Positions 41,365-51,245 of a DNA stretch of 64,000 bases are shown one piece after another. The notes below the pieces were generated by a model. It was not told the origin of the DNA. It searched no databases and saw only the letters and a program-made list of their open reading frames with translations. A program made the position numbers and the translations under genes. The DNA is taken from assembly GCA_963730935.1 (NCBI GenBank), contig CAVSTP010000003.1, forward strand, positions 96,001 through 160,000, read 5' to 3'. The stretch is from an uncultured Nitrospiraceae bacterium (lineage in GTDB: Bacteria > Nitrospirota > Nitrospiria > Nitrospirales > Nitrospiraceae). Within the stretch, counting starts at the first letter, position 1. Each line of letters begins with the position of its first letter.

Positions 41365-41913
41365 TTACTTCTTCGTACAGCGAAGGTCTGCCTTCTGAAA
41401 CTCTGCGATCTGCTGATCGTCGATCGAGAGAGGAGCACAGCCGTGGCCCTTTTCACACACGAAGTCGAACTTCGCCGCCGGCTGATGACAGCTTTGACAC
41501 GACGCCCCCAGCAAGAGATTGACGACGTGCTCGTCGCCCCGATCTCTGATCTTGGTGCCGGCCTCCGAAATCTCCAAAGCAAAAAACTCCCATCCGTTCG
41601 ATTTTGGGAACTTCTCGCGCGGGTGCTTCACCATGGCTTCAAACGGAACAAGCTGGAGAATGGTGCCAACTGGATACTCCTTGTCCGGCTCACTCTCGCG
41701 GAAGATCCGCATCGCCTCCTTCAACTTCTGTGGATCTTCATGCTTGAAGCGTGTATTTCTGACCTTCGGCCAGTCGAGGATGCACCCGAAGCTTTGCTCA
41801 GAAACGGTGATATCTTGAGCGGCGACGCTGGATGGCATTGAAAAGCTAAGCCAGACTGCAAGGAGAATCCCTGCACACACCCAGAGAGAAATTTGACGTG
41901 TGAACGTCGTCAT
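41365..41913 (-). CDS. Exported monoheme c-type cytochrome, P460/c'-beta-like
   Basis: Signal peptide; YPVGTIL, AMVK, NGWEFF, C-terminal CQSCH, DFV. Confidence 0.68.
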   Translation of the reverse strand: MTTFTRQISLWVCAGILLAVWLSFSMPSSVAAQDITVSEQSFGCILDWPKVRNTRFKHEDPQKLKEAMRIFRESEPDKEYPVGTILQLVPFEAMVKHPREKFPKSNGWEFFALEISEAGTKIRDRGDEHVVNLLLGASCQSCHQPAAKFDFVCEKGHGCAPLSIDDQQIAEFQKADLRCTKK

Positions 41914-41948
41914 GTGGCGTCCTCCTCTCTTTGACTGACACTATCGCT

Positions 41949-42965
41949 TTAGTTCATGGTGAGCACCACGCGAAACCGCGCCTTGCCGCTCAACATCTGC
42001 TCGTAGCCCTTCGCGGCTTGTTCGAGCGGTAACGTCTCAACCATGGGTCGAATCCCTGTGAGGGCGGAGAACTGCAACGTGTCTTCAGAATCCCGGGCCG
42101 TCCCTGATGGCCATCCTCGAATGGAGCGGCGGCTCATGATGAGTTGAACGGGTGTCACGTTGATGGGATCGGCGGAGGCTCCGACGACGAGCAGTTGTCC
42201 TCCAACCCCAAGCCCGTCAATGAGGGCCGACATGGCCTTACTGTCCGGAGCGGTCGCAAGAATCACCGACGCGCCGCCAAGATTCGTGAGTTCTTTCGCG
42301 ACGTCGACGGCACTGCTGTCGAGATATCGGACGGCGCCAAGCTTCAGGGCGAGGGACTCTTTGTCCTGGCCTCGACCGATGGCCACCGTGTGAAATCCCA
42401 TTTTGCTCGCGAACTGGATGCCAAGATGTCCAAGTCCGCCCAGACCCTGCACGGCCACCAGATCGCCCGCCTGTGCTCCACTGCGGCGCAAACTATTGAA
42501 CGTCGTGACCCCCGCACACAACAGAGGGGCCGCTTCGACCGGTGATAGGGCATCGGGGACCGCCGCCACGGCTTCCTGTCTCGCGATCATATATTGGGCA
42601 TAACCGCCGTCTTCCTGGAATCCGGTCACTTGGAAATATCGGCAGCCCATGAAATCGCCACGCCGGCAAGGATCGCATTGACCACAATGGCCGCCATGCC
42701 AACCCACGCCAACCCGTTGGCCTTTCTTCCACGCCGTGACACCCGCGCCAACCTCGTCGACTATTCCGGCCACCTCGTGGCCCGTGACACGCGGGTATTG
42801 CAGGCCGGGCCAATAACCCTCTTTCACAAACATGTCGCTATGACAAATCCCACAGGCTTGGACTCTGATGCGGATCTGGTTCTGCCCGGGCGTTGGGATC
42901 TCTCTCTTGATCGCTTCGAATGGCCCACCTGGTGAGCGGATTTGAACAGCCGTCATTTGTGGCAT
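41949..42965 (-). CDS. Zn-dependent alcohol dehydrogenase (AdhP-like)
   Basis: CGICHSD, GHEVAG, CGQCDPCRRGDFMGC, GLGGLGH. Confidence 0.95.
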   Translation of the reverse strand: MPQMTAVQIRSPGGPFEAIKREIPTPGQNQIRIRVQACGICHSDMFVKEGYWPGLQYPRVTGHEVAGIVDEVGAGVTAWKKGQRVGVGWHGGHCGQCDPCRRGDFMGCRYFQVTGFQEDGGYAQYMIARQEAVAAVPDALSPVEAAPLLCAGVTTFNSLRRSGAQAGDLVAVQGLGGLGHLGIQFASKMGFHTVAIGRGQDKESLALKLGAVRYLDSSAVDVAKELTNLGGASVILATAPDSKAMSALIDGLGVGGQLLVVGASADPINVTPVQLIMSRRSIRGWPSGTARDSEDTLQFSALTGIRPMVETLPLEQAAKGYEQMLSGKARFRVVLTMN

Positions 42966-43050
42966 GTCGGGCCTCCTTGAGACTATCGCGGTCGGGAACT
43001 TGTGAAACATTAGCTACAGTGCATGAACGCGATTAGCTTATCCCCAACGG

Positions 43051-43590
43051 TTACTTACACTTGGGCGTTGTCGGCTGAGGCAGAGCCTCGACCTCACCTG
43101 GTTTGTAGTGCGTTTTCCCTCCATGTGCTTCGTGTTCCCCATGGGGCGCCACGTCGAATTCGGCTACTGCTACATGCTTCAGCCAATACCCTTCCTCGCC
43201 CTTCGCGCCGTGCATTGACGTATCTCCGGTCGCTGGGGTATTGGTCCGATGAAAATGGGTAAAGCCGGTCCTTCCATGATCAGGCTGAGAGTCGGTGCAA
43301 AAGCGGCCTTTGATGCCTTGGCCCACCCACTGCAATACGGCAGTGGGGTCGCTCACTGGCTTGTCGAACATCATGAACTGCACCCGACCATTGCCTTCAT
43401 CCAACCACAGATGGTTGGGCGGGTTTGGGTGTACGGGCTCAAACGTATAAGCTTTTATAAGGATTGCACCGATATTATTGGCGGCCTCTGGCGAGGCAAC
43501 CGTTCCTTCTCCGGCATTGCTGGTATTGAACGAGATGCTGGCGAGTAGACCAACCAATACAATACTGATGATCACGATCTTGCTAGACAT
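43051..43590 (-). CDS. Exported His-rich hypothetical protein
   Basis: GGAGG RBS; signal peptide; NHLW, GFTHFH, GYWLKH, HGEHEAH. Confidence 0.7.
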   Translation of the reverse strand: MSSKIVIISIVLVGLLASISFNTSNAGEGTVASPEAANNIGAILIKAYTFEPVHPNPPNHLWLDEGNGRVQFMMFDKPVSDPTAVLQWVGQGIKGRFCTDSQPDHGRTGFTHFHRTNTPATGDTSMHGAKGEEGYWLKHVAVAEFDVAPHGEHEAHGGKTHYKPGEVEALPQPTTPKCK

Positions 43591-43809
43591 GGCAAACCTC
43601 CATAGGAATGTTGTTTGGTGCCTGAATGACCTGACCGACCAAGTCGGTGATGTAACGATGGAAGTTTGTAAAAGCCCCCCTAAGCGGAGGTAGCATTTCT
43701 CCCCGTCGTTGGGAACTGTCAGAAATGCCAGAGACTGGCAGAACTTCGTTCCCAATCATTTCTTCTGAACAACGAACGGCAGCGGGGGACTCACCACAGT
43801 GGGCCGCCA

Positions 43810-44025
43810 CTAGTAAAAGCACGAGTAAGACCGGCACCCGTTGGAAACATCCGGTTGCGGGGACTCAGCGTCTTCAAGAATGAGGCAATGGGTGATTGTG
43901 TTTCGATAGTCGATCCGACCACAGTCGAGACAATGCCATGCTGCGACCCCCTTGGTTTTGATAGGTCCTCCGGACACGATCAAATCTTCCTCCATCATGC
44001 ATCCCTTGCAGCGTTCGCACTTCAT
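43810..44025 (-). CDS. Small zinc-ribbon protein
   Basis: GGGAGG RBS; MKCERCKGCM...WHCLDCG. Confidence 0.7.
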   Translation of the reverse strand: MKCERCKGCMMEEDLIVSGGPIKTKGVAAWHCLDCGRIDYRNTITHCLILEDAESPQPDVSNGCRSYSCFY

Positions 44026-44310
44026 CGTGCCTCCCTTCATCTATGGCTCGCCCTAATCGGTCTTATCATCGGAAGCCGTACTTCCGCCGAACGTCTTCCT
44101 TCATATTCGCCAAAATTTCGAGAGCCCAGCCTAGAATAAGGCGTTGAGGCTTGGCGCTCTGGAAAACCCTTGATTGTCGTAAATTGTGCGTTACGGAAAT
44201 GTTGAAGCGCGATGCCATCGAAATATGGAGAAGGATGAAACTCGGCGCAGACCTCATGTGCCCATTGCATTCCACTCTGTTGTCTGCCTACATTTGGTGA
44301 AACACCGTAC

Positions 44311-45798
44311 GTGACGAAGGCTATGCCACAAGTGCCCTCTCAACATTCTTCTCTGGTCCCCCTGCAGTCAGTGGTGGAAACGGAGAAGAAGCTCGCCGTA
44401 GCCGATGACTTCAGGCTGCCGGCCTTTTCAGGTGATCCGCTTCCCCGACGAGTGTTCAGATCAACCTACTTCGACACACTGGACCATTGTCTTGCCCGCT
44501 CGAGCATTACCCTTCGTCGTCGTCTCGACAAGGGATCGACCGTCTGGCAGATGAAATTGCCTCCCCTCAACGGAGCTCGCCGCGAACTTGAGTTGCGAGA
44601 GGCGTCAACGACGCCGCCCACTCGATTCGTCGACGCCTTGATCGTGCTTCACGAGGGCAAACATCTGGTTCCCATCGCCGATTTGCGTACGTCTCGAACC
44701 GGAGTGCGCGTGCCTGATGGCAAGAACAACGGAGTGGAAGTGGTGTTGGATACGGTGGCGGTCCTTCGGAAAGGGTCAGTCATCCAGCAGTTCAAAGAGC
44801 TCGAGATTGAGTCATTGAATGGAGACGATGAATCTATCGAGAGGCTTGCCTCAAAACTCTATGGAGCGGGAGCACGACCCCATGACGGCAGGCCGAAATT
44901 ATTTCAAGCCCTTTCCCTCGCCTACCACGCACTGGACGAGCCGGAGAGGGAAGCCTCGATCGTCGATCACGTGCGGCATCGTTTGATGCAACAGTTGGAC
45001 ACTCTCAAACAGTGCGATCCTGGCGTTCGCTTATGTGGGGACATCACAGATGTGCATCGTATACGAGTCGCGGCGAGGCGGATGCGGACCATCCTCATTG
45101 CCGTGCGTAAAATTGCTTCCACAGAGTGGGTTGAGCCACTTCTTTCGGGGCTCAAGTGGCTCGGAGAGGTGTTCGCCCGAGTGCGCGATCTGGACGTGCA
45201 AATACAATATTTCAAGTGTGAGGCCGAGCAGTTGAAATCCCGTGACCGACGCCCGCTCGAACGGTTCCTGCGCCACTTGCAGAGCGACCGGGAGCAAGCT
45301 CACCAGATGCTTCTCGACGAAATGAAAAGCGCGCGGTATGTGGGATTTGTCAGTAAACTACGGGATGCCACAGAAGCCCCAGCCATCGTCAATCTGGAGT
45401 ACACTCTCACCGATGCCGCTGCCCGTCAATTTCGCAAGCTTCGAAAGGCGGTCCGGAAACTCAACGGATCCGTTTCGAACGCCGAGCTTCATCGGATTAG
45501 AATCAAAACCAAACGAGCGCGATACGCGGCAGAATTGGCTCAAGAAGGCGATAGCAAAGCGATCGGTCGATTTATCAAGGCGGCCACACGATTTCAGGAC
45601 CTGTTGGGCGTGCATCAAGACGCGGTGTTGGCGGAACGGTATGTCGAGGGATTCCTGAAATACCAGGGCAGGCGGCAGGCTGCGTTCACGGCAGGCCTAC
45701 TCGCTGCGCGGGCTAATCAGCGGCGTGAGGAAGTACGCAAGGAATTTTGGTCTGACTGGAAACGCCTGAATAAACGGGGAAAGCGTGCATGGAATTAG
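44311..45798 (+). CDS. CYTH + CHAD domain protein
   Basis: ETEKK, YFDT, TLRRR, ELEIE (CYTH); VHRIRVAARRMR, RDLDV, LHRIRIKTKRARY, QDLLG-HQD (CHAD). Confidence 0.9.
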   Translation: MTKAMPQVPSQHSSLVPLQSVVETEKKLAVADDFRLPAFSGDPLPRRVFRSTYFDTLDHCLARSSITLRRRLDKGSTVWQMKLPPLNGARRELELREASTTPPTRFVDALIVLHEGKHLVPIADLRTSRTGVRVPDGKNNGVEVVLDTVAVLRKGSVIQQFKELEIESLNGDDESIERLASKLYGAGARPHDGRPKLFQALSLAYHALDEPEREASIVDHVRHRLMQQLDTLKQCDPGVRLCGDITDVHRIRVAARRMRTILIAVRKIASTEWVEPLLSGLKWLGEVFARVRDLDVQIQYFKCEAEQLKSRDRRPLERFLRHLQSDREQAHQMLLDEMKSARYVGFVSKLRDATEAPAIVNLEYTLTDAAARQFRKLRKAVRKLNGSVSNAELHRIRIKTKRARYAAELAQEGDSKAIGRFIKAATRFQDLLGVHQDAVLAERYVEGFLKYQGRRQAAFTAGLLAARANQRREEVRKEFWSDWKRLNKRGKRAWN

Positions 45799-45814
45799 AA
45801 GCTTCTAGGCTCTG

Positions 45815-46016
45815 TTATGTGTTCGAGGCGGGGTTGACCGCGACTGATTCAGTGTAGCGTACTCGAATAGTGGGCCGATCTGAAAGAAATTCCCGAGACA
45901 GCTCCCTCACGATAGTCGAGAAGGTTCCGTTCATCCTCATTCATCGTCCCTTCTTTGCAAAGCAAACGCTCACATGCACGAGTGTAGGCCGCGATCTCTT
46001 GGCAGACATGGCTCAC
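45815..46016 (-). pseudogene. Frameshifted ACExLL-family paralog (absent from ORF track)
   Basis: MSHVCQEIAAYTRACERLLCKEGTMNEDERNLLDY; a 2-nt loss near 45911; similarity resumes as VRELSREF, matching YVQELSRKF of 31824-32024. Confidence 0.7.
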
Positions 46017-46091
46017 GATTCGGCCACCTTTTTCATGACGGAGTGATCCTTAGTATCTTCTCCTGAATGGTTTCACGGCCGCGGCTTTTAA

Positions 46092-46484
46092 TCAAGCCAA
46101 CGATTCCGGGAACTCATGCCCACTGGCTTTCGTGATAGCCCCGTATAGTTCTTCCGTGGCTTTCGATTTTCGATACACGCCCACGGCGCCGGCTTTTTCC
46201 ATCGCATCGGCATGATATCCGTCTGCGTATTCTGACAAGCCGATAATTCTCACATGGGGATATTTACGTGTGATCTCCCGAGACGCGGCGACCCCATCCA
46301 TTCTCGGCATGCGAATATCCATAACCACAATGTGAGGTTGGAGTCTCTCCACGCTGGAGACAGCTTCGTCTCCGGTCGCTGCCTCGCCAACCACTTCCAT
46401 GTTTGGATATGCTGTCAGCATTCGTGTGAGAACCTGACGAACCAAGCACTCATCGTCCACGAGCAAGACGCGAATAGTTGTCAT
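46092..46484 (-). CDS. Single-domain receiver (REC only)
   Basis: RVLLVDDE, VVMDIRMPRMDG, VYRK. Confidence 0.9.
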   Translation of the reverse strand: MTTIRVLLVDDECLVRQVLTRMLTAYPNMEVVGEAATGDEAVSSVERLQPHIVVMDIRMPRMDGVAASREITRKYPHVRIIGLSEYADGYHADAMEKAGAVGVYRKSKATEELYGAITKASGHEFPESLA

Positions 46485-46574
46485 TCCTGTCCCCTCCGAT
46501 GTTAATGGGGAAGTGAGCCGCTGGAATGTAGCATGCCCGGAAGTATTTCGGTATATAAAGCGCTGGGTTACACC

Positions 46575-46594
46575 TGCCTACAAGCTTGTAGGCA
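46575..46594. promoter_or_regulatory. Perfect 20-bp palindrome TGCCTACAAGCTTGTAGGCA
   Basis: Read directly; same offset from the REC start codon as the 41187 site. Confidence 0.6.
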
Positions 46595-46644
46595 CCTTAT
46601 TACAGAGGAGATCGCACGAGCAATGATGTCAACCTGATTTTTCA

Positions 46645-47640
46645 CTATTTGTCGAACGCGAACACCTTCTTCCAATCCTGTTTCATATCAACCACCGTCC
46701 AGCCTTTGGCTTTGGCTTCATCGAGCCCTTTGTCGAGTTGACCGATATGCGACTGGCGGTCGTAGGCCCATTCGCGCGCGGCGTCGGTGTGATGTACATA
46801 GAGACAGAAGCGCGCGCCGGCACCCGCGCAGGTCCACTGAAGCATCTGCAAGTCGCCATCCGAATTGCCGAAGGCGGCGATGGGACGGTGGCCGATGTAG
46901 GTTTGTATGGCGACGGGTTTCCCCGCCTTGTCGTCAAAGAAATTCAGCTCCGGCAGCTTCATCAGCGTAGGTGTTCCATCGCGCAGATCGAATTTCAATT
47001 TGCCGCTGCTGCCCACGACCTGCTCTGGCGGGATGCCATAGGCTTTTTCGACCCACGGTCGCATGAACTCGACGCCGCCCCCGGACACGATAAACGTTTT
47101 GAAACCATTCGCTCGCAGATAGGCAAGCACCTCGACCATCGGCTGATACAGCATCTCCGTGTAAGGCTTCTTCTTCATGGGATGTTTTGCGGTCGCGATC
47201 CAGTCGGTGACGAACCTTTCAAACTCTTCCGTCGTCATGCCGGCGTGCGTGGCCATCACGATTTGGAAAACGGCCGGCTCGCCCCCAGCCAGCGCACCTT
47301 TCACATCACCCTTGAGCAGCGAGGCAAACGGTTCCTTGTCCTTCCACTCCGGATGCTGCGGCGCGAGCGCCTTGACCCGGTCGAGCGCAAACAGGAGTTG
47401 GAAATACATCGGCTGCTCGGCCCACAACGTGCCATCGTTGTCGAAGGTGGCGATGCGTTCTGCCGGCGGCACGAACTCAGACCCGCCTTCCTTTGTCACT
47501 TTCGAGACAAATTCGACGATGGCTTTCTTCGCCGCGCCATCATTCCACGACGGAAGAGGATCGGCGGCCTGAACCAATCCGGCGCAGAGCACTGACTGAG
47601 CCGCCACGAAGATCAATGCTTTGACGATGCCGTGCCTCAT
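46645..47640 (-). CDS. Exported HAD-family hydrolase (nonspecific acid phosphatase-like)
   Basis: Signal peptide; FDNDGTLW, IVSGGG, GKP, FGNSDGD. Confidence 0.92.
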   Translation of the reverse strand: MRHGIVKALIFVAAQSVLCAGLVQAADPLPSWNDGAAKKAIVEFVSKVTKEGGSEFVPPAERIATFDNDGTLWAEQPMYFQLLFALDRVKALAPQHPEWKDKEPFASLLKGDVKGALAGGEPAVFQIVMATHAGMTTEEFERFVTDWIATAKHPMKKKPYTEMLYQPMVEVLAYLRANGFKTFIVSGGGVEFMRPWVEKAYGIPPEQVVGSSGKLKFDLRDGTPTLMKLPELNFFDDKAGKPVAIQTYIGHRPIAAFGNSDGDLQMLQWTCAGAGARFCLYVHHTDAAREWAYDRQSHIGQLDKGLDEAKAKGWTVVDMKQDWKKVFAFDK

Positions 47641-47724
47641 CGTGACATCGCTCCAATTCGAAGCATGGACTCCATACAGCACTTCTGCCGGCCATAGACC
47701 GGCTGCAGTGCTGCGCACTGTCGA

Positions 47725-47862
47725 TTAGTTGCCTGGATGCCCGATAGCCTCCAACCCCTCCAATTTCTTGAGCGCCTGCATTGCCTTGAGCGTCGTATAG
47801 TTGATGTTGGCTGCATTCAGACTGGTTCCTTCCTGGCAGGGATACAGGGGAATCGTTGGTTG
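47725..47862 (-). pseudogene. C-terminal remnant of an arylsulfatase-like gene
   Basis: PTIPLYPCQEGTSLNAANINYTTLKAMQALKKLE resembles arylsulfatase C-termini as recalled; HAD and FGE genes are neighbours. Confidence 0.5.
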
Positions 47863-47964
47863 CTTCCGTGCGCATGGACCAATACGCGCGATGGACATTC
47901 TCAGTTCGACAAGAAGGAACATGAGTCACAGCGAAGATGACTCCTCTCCGCAATTGAATTTTCC

Positions 47965-48738
47965 TCACTTCATGTCGGCCAACAGGTCCGTGAGCGCTTG
48001 ATCGGCGAAGTCGATTTGAATCAGCCCGTAGCGTGGATAGTCGAGATCGTAGATGACATAGATGGTGATCGTCATCATGAACGCAAACGCCAGCCAGTGA
48101 AAACCCGCGTGGCGGGTGTGGCTACTGCCGATCACGTAGCCTGCCAGGAGAGAGCAGACAAGCCCGAGCGTCAACAGCATGGCCATGATGAGCTTTGGGG
48201 TATGGGTCAGCGCTGCAATGGCGCGCCTGGTAGTGACATCGATCATTTCGTTTAGCGCTGGCACCACGATAATGGTCGCCTGCAGCGGCGCCTCTGCAAG
48301 GGCAGCGACTGTGCCAGTCCAGATTTCCCGTTGGAGCTTGGCGGCCATAGCCTCGTGCGGTTGGTGCGACGAATCAAGGTCAGTCCGATAGACGGCGATC
48401 CGTGCCTCCAGATACTGGCGGTATTTGTCACGCAGGGCTGCTTGTCGGACAACAGGCAGAAGATCGATGCGCAAATAAGACGTGCCGATGGCATTCGCTT
48501 CGTTTACGACGAGCTGTCGGCGCATCTCGTACCGTTGTGCCGCGCCTGAGAAGGTAAAGGCGATCATCAGCCCCATCAACCCGAAGATGGCCGCCTCGAC
48601 TGCCGTCAACTGGATGCGGCCCGAATCCGTCCCCACATCCTTTTCGCGACGACCCAGTCGCTGTCCAATGATCAGGCTCAGCAGCATGCCGGCGAACACA
48701 CCGATGAGGAGCAGTACACTCGTCGTGTTGAAGCTCAT
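47965..48738 (-). CDS. DUF4239/bestrophin-like membrane protein
   Basis: GLMIAFTFSGA, RRQLVVNEANAIGT, IYDLDYPRYGLI. Confidence 0.8.
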   Translation of the reverse strand: MSFNTTSVLLLIGVFAGMLLSLIIGQRLGRREKDVGTDSGRIQLTAVEAAIFGLMGLMIAFTFSGAAQRYEMRRQLVVNEANAIGTSYLRIDLLPVVRQAALRDKYRQYLEARIAVYRTDLDSSHQPHEAMAAKLQREIWTGTVAALAEAPLQATIIVVPALNEMIDVTTRRAIAALTHTPKLIMAMLLTLGLVCSLLAGYVIGSSHTRHAGFHWLAFAFMMTITIYVIYDLDYPRYGLIQIDFADQALTDLLADMK

Positions 48739-48963
48739 GTCGTTTGCCCCCTCTATTGTTTCGCAAGCCGCAGTTCCGCCGAACTCAGGGTTGAGTCGAC
48801 GGAAGGATACCCGGATTTCGCACTAAGATCGAGGTGGTAGGCAGACTCTCGCCAAATATGTGCATCCACCAGTCTGGTAAAATTGCCCTGTCAATTCTGA
48901 CAGTTGAACACAGGTAATCACGTCGCTATGGTGGCATGAAAAATTTGCCGTCAAAGGTCGTTC

Positions 48964-50007
48964 ATGAGCAACGCGAATCGAAGACTGTACGCCTATGTGC
49001 TGTTGTTCATCTGTGCCGCTATTGTGGCTTGGGTAGGGCGCGATCGGTTTGCGCTTTCCTCTCGCGCACCTGAGGGAATGGTATGGATCGCAGGAGGCGA
49101 ATTTTGGATGGGAAGTGATTTTCCCATGTTTCGCGATGCCCAACCTGTTCACCGGGTACACGTTGACGGCTTCTTTCTGGACAAGGCGGAGGTCACCAAC
49201 GAACAGTTTGAACGTTTTGTGCAGGCAACGGGTTACATGACGGTTGCCGAGCGTATTCCATTGCCAGAGGATTTTCCTGGTGCACCACCAGAAAATCTGA
49301 TTGCGGGCTCTGTCGTCTTCACCGCTCCACCCGGGCCGGTTCCGCTCGACGATCACTTTCGATGGTGGAGTTACATCAAGGGGGCCGACTGGCGTCATCC
49401 ACAAGGGGCAGGAAGTACCATCGAGGGGAAAATGAATCACCCCGTCGTGCATGTCGCGTACGATGATGTACTCGCTTTCGCCGCATGGACCGGCAAACGG
49501 CTTCCAACAGAGGCGGAATGGGAGTTTGCCGCGCGAGGCGGTTTGAACAAAAAACCCTATGTCTGGGGAGATGATTTCGAGCCGGAAGGCAGGCCCATGG
49601 GAAACTCATTCCAAGGCCATTTCCCCGATCACAATACGGCCCACGACGGTTTTGAAACCACCGCTCCTATCATGTCGTTCCCGCCCAACGGGTATGGGTT
49701 GTATGACATGGCAGGCAATGTGTGGGAATGGACTTCAGACTGGTACCGCCCCGATTACTACCGGACGGTCGCCGCTTCCGGCGTCGTCCGTAATCCCCAA
49801 GGACCATCCGACAGTCTCGATCCGAGCGAACCGGGAGTGAGGAAGAAGGTTCACAAAGGAGGTTCCTATCTCTGCACAGATCAGTATTGCGCCCGCTACA
49901 TGCCCGGCGGCCGCGGGAAGGGGGCGACAGATACCGGGACGTCACACCTTGGATTTCGCTTGGTGAAGGATGTACCTAGGACCGCAGCAATGAGTGCGGC
50001 CGATTAG
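48964..50007 (+). CDS. Formylglycine-generating enzyme (FGE-sulfatase family)
   Basis: EVTN, HPVVHV, RLPTEAEWEFAARGG, GNVWEW, GGSYLCTDQYC, HLGFR. Confidence 0.92.
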   Translation: MSNANRRLYAYVLLFICAAIVAWVGRDRFALSSRAPEGMVWIAGGEFWMGSDFPMFRDAQPVHRVHVDGFFLDKAEVTNEQFERFVQATGYMTVAERIPLPEDFPGAPPENLIAGSVVFTAPPGPVPLDDHFRWWSYIKGADWRHPQGAGSTIEGKMNHPVVHVAYDDVLAFAAWTGKRLPTEAEWEFAARGGLNKKPYVWGDDFEPEGRPMGNSFQGHFPDHNTAHDGFETTAPIMSFPPNGYGLYDMAGNVWEWTSDWYRPDYYRTVAASGVVRNPQGPSDSLDPSEPGVRKKVHKGGSYLCTDQYCARYMPGGRGKGATDTGTSHLGFRLVKDVPRTAAMSAAD

Positions 50008-50033
50008 CTTCAACCTTGCTCCTCACCGGAACG

Positions 50034-51194
50034 CTACACGACCACTTTCAGCAGGAGCTTCCAGACCTCATCCATCGGCACAAGCGTGACAAGTAGCGGA
50101 ACGTAAGGAAGAAAGGCTACGAAGAGGAGCTTCAAGACGTCATCTTTGCCCAGTGGAATGATTGACATGTCGCGCACGGCGGTCAATGAGTTGCCCAGGT
50201 GGTGGACGGCCCCGAAGTCAACCCCAGCGTCTCCTTGCACGGGTTCCCCCGACAGCCACTTTCGATCGACTTGCTTGATCTGTCGGCTGGCGAGTGCCCC
50301 GTAGTGGAAGACTGCGGAGTCCTTGGCCTCATAGAGCTGCCGTACAAATAACAGGAGCGGTCCAGCAATTACGATTACTAGAACCACCAAAAGGCCTCCC
50401 ACCTCCCATTCATATTGCAAAGGGGAGGCACCCTCGTAGACGACATGGTCGGCCACTTCGCCAGCCGTGGTGGCCGTCAGCGCGAATGCGAAACCGCCGA
50501 AGGCCAACAGTGATTCGCTGAGAAAGCCCAATCCGGCCGCTCCATCACGATGAGCGGGTGACAGATCGAGTTCCAGCCGCGAGATACGCCACAGCAGCCG
50601 CCACCAGAGGCCCAATCGCCACACCCATCGTAATAGCATAAACGAATAGATCGGAAAGGAGACCAAGAAGTACCAGCCACCGGCAAGGGTGACCACATGC
50701 CTGCCGTCTCCCGCTCCGAACCGCCACGTCGCCTCCGGGTAGTTGATGATGTACGTAAAGGCGATCAGGCTGTGGAGGTACGCGAATCCCAGCAGTACGG
50801 CTGCAACCCGGCTCGAACGGCTCAGCTGGACGATATCACGTATCACGTCCTGAAACCCCGATCGTGCCTCCTCGAGCACCAGGCCCGCATGCTGAAATTG
50901 CTGGACAACGGTCTGAAGTTGACGTTCGCACATGGCCTCGCCCAACAGGAACACCGGCACCGCAATGAGAAACCGCACATTGACCGCAAAGTCCATCAGG
51001 AAGGAACTGAGGCGGGTGGGTCCGATGGCCAACCCTTCTGCAGCCGCGAGCAGAGCCATCGGCGCCCAGGTGATGCACACGGAGTAGAGTACGGTGAGCC
51101 CCAGCCGACGTTTCCCTTCCCGCACAAGACCAAGCTTTTCCTGTAGACGGTACAAGGGACCTGCTGTAAAGAGAGGAAATTCGGCAAAACTCAT
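50034..51194 (-). CDS. Polytopic membrane protein of unknown function
   Basis: Multiple TM segments; LSPAHRDGAAGLGFL. Confidence 0.8.
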   Translation of the reverse strand: MSFAEFPLFTAGPLYRLQEKLGLVREGKRRLGLTVLYSVCITWAPMALLAAAEGLAIGPTRLSSFLMDFAVNVRFLIAVPVFLLGEAMCERQLQTVVQQFQHAGLVLEEARSGFQDVIRDIVQLSRSSRVAAVLLGFAYLHSLIAFTYIINYPEATWRFGAGDGRHVVTLAGGWYFLVSFPIYSFMLLRWVWRLGLWWRLLWRISRLELDLSPAHRDGAAGLGFLSESLLAFGGFAFALTATTAGEVADHVVYEGASPLQYEWEVGGLLVVLVIVIAGPLLLFVRQLYEAKDSAVFHYGALASRQIKQVDRKWLSGEPVQGDAGVDFGAVHHLGNSLTAVRDMSIIPLGKDDVLKLLFVAFLPYVPLLVTLVPMDEVWKLLLKVVV

Positions 51195-51245
51195 GTTGCT
51201 TTCGGCCGGTGGAAGAGTGTGGGCAGGTCAATCATGTATTCGGAG

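Noticed and set aside
48930..48950. Sigma54 promoter TGGCATGAAAAATTTGC before the FGE gene
   Set aside because: GG-to-GC spacing is 12 nt rather than the required 10
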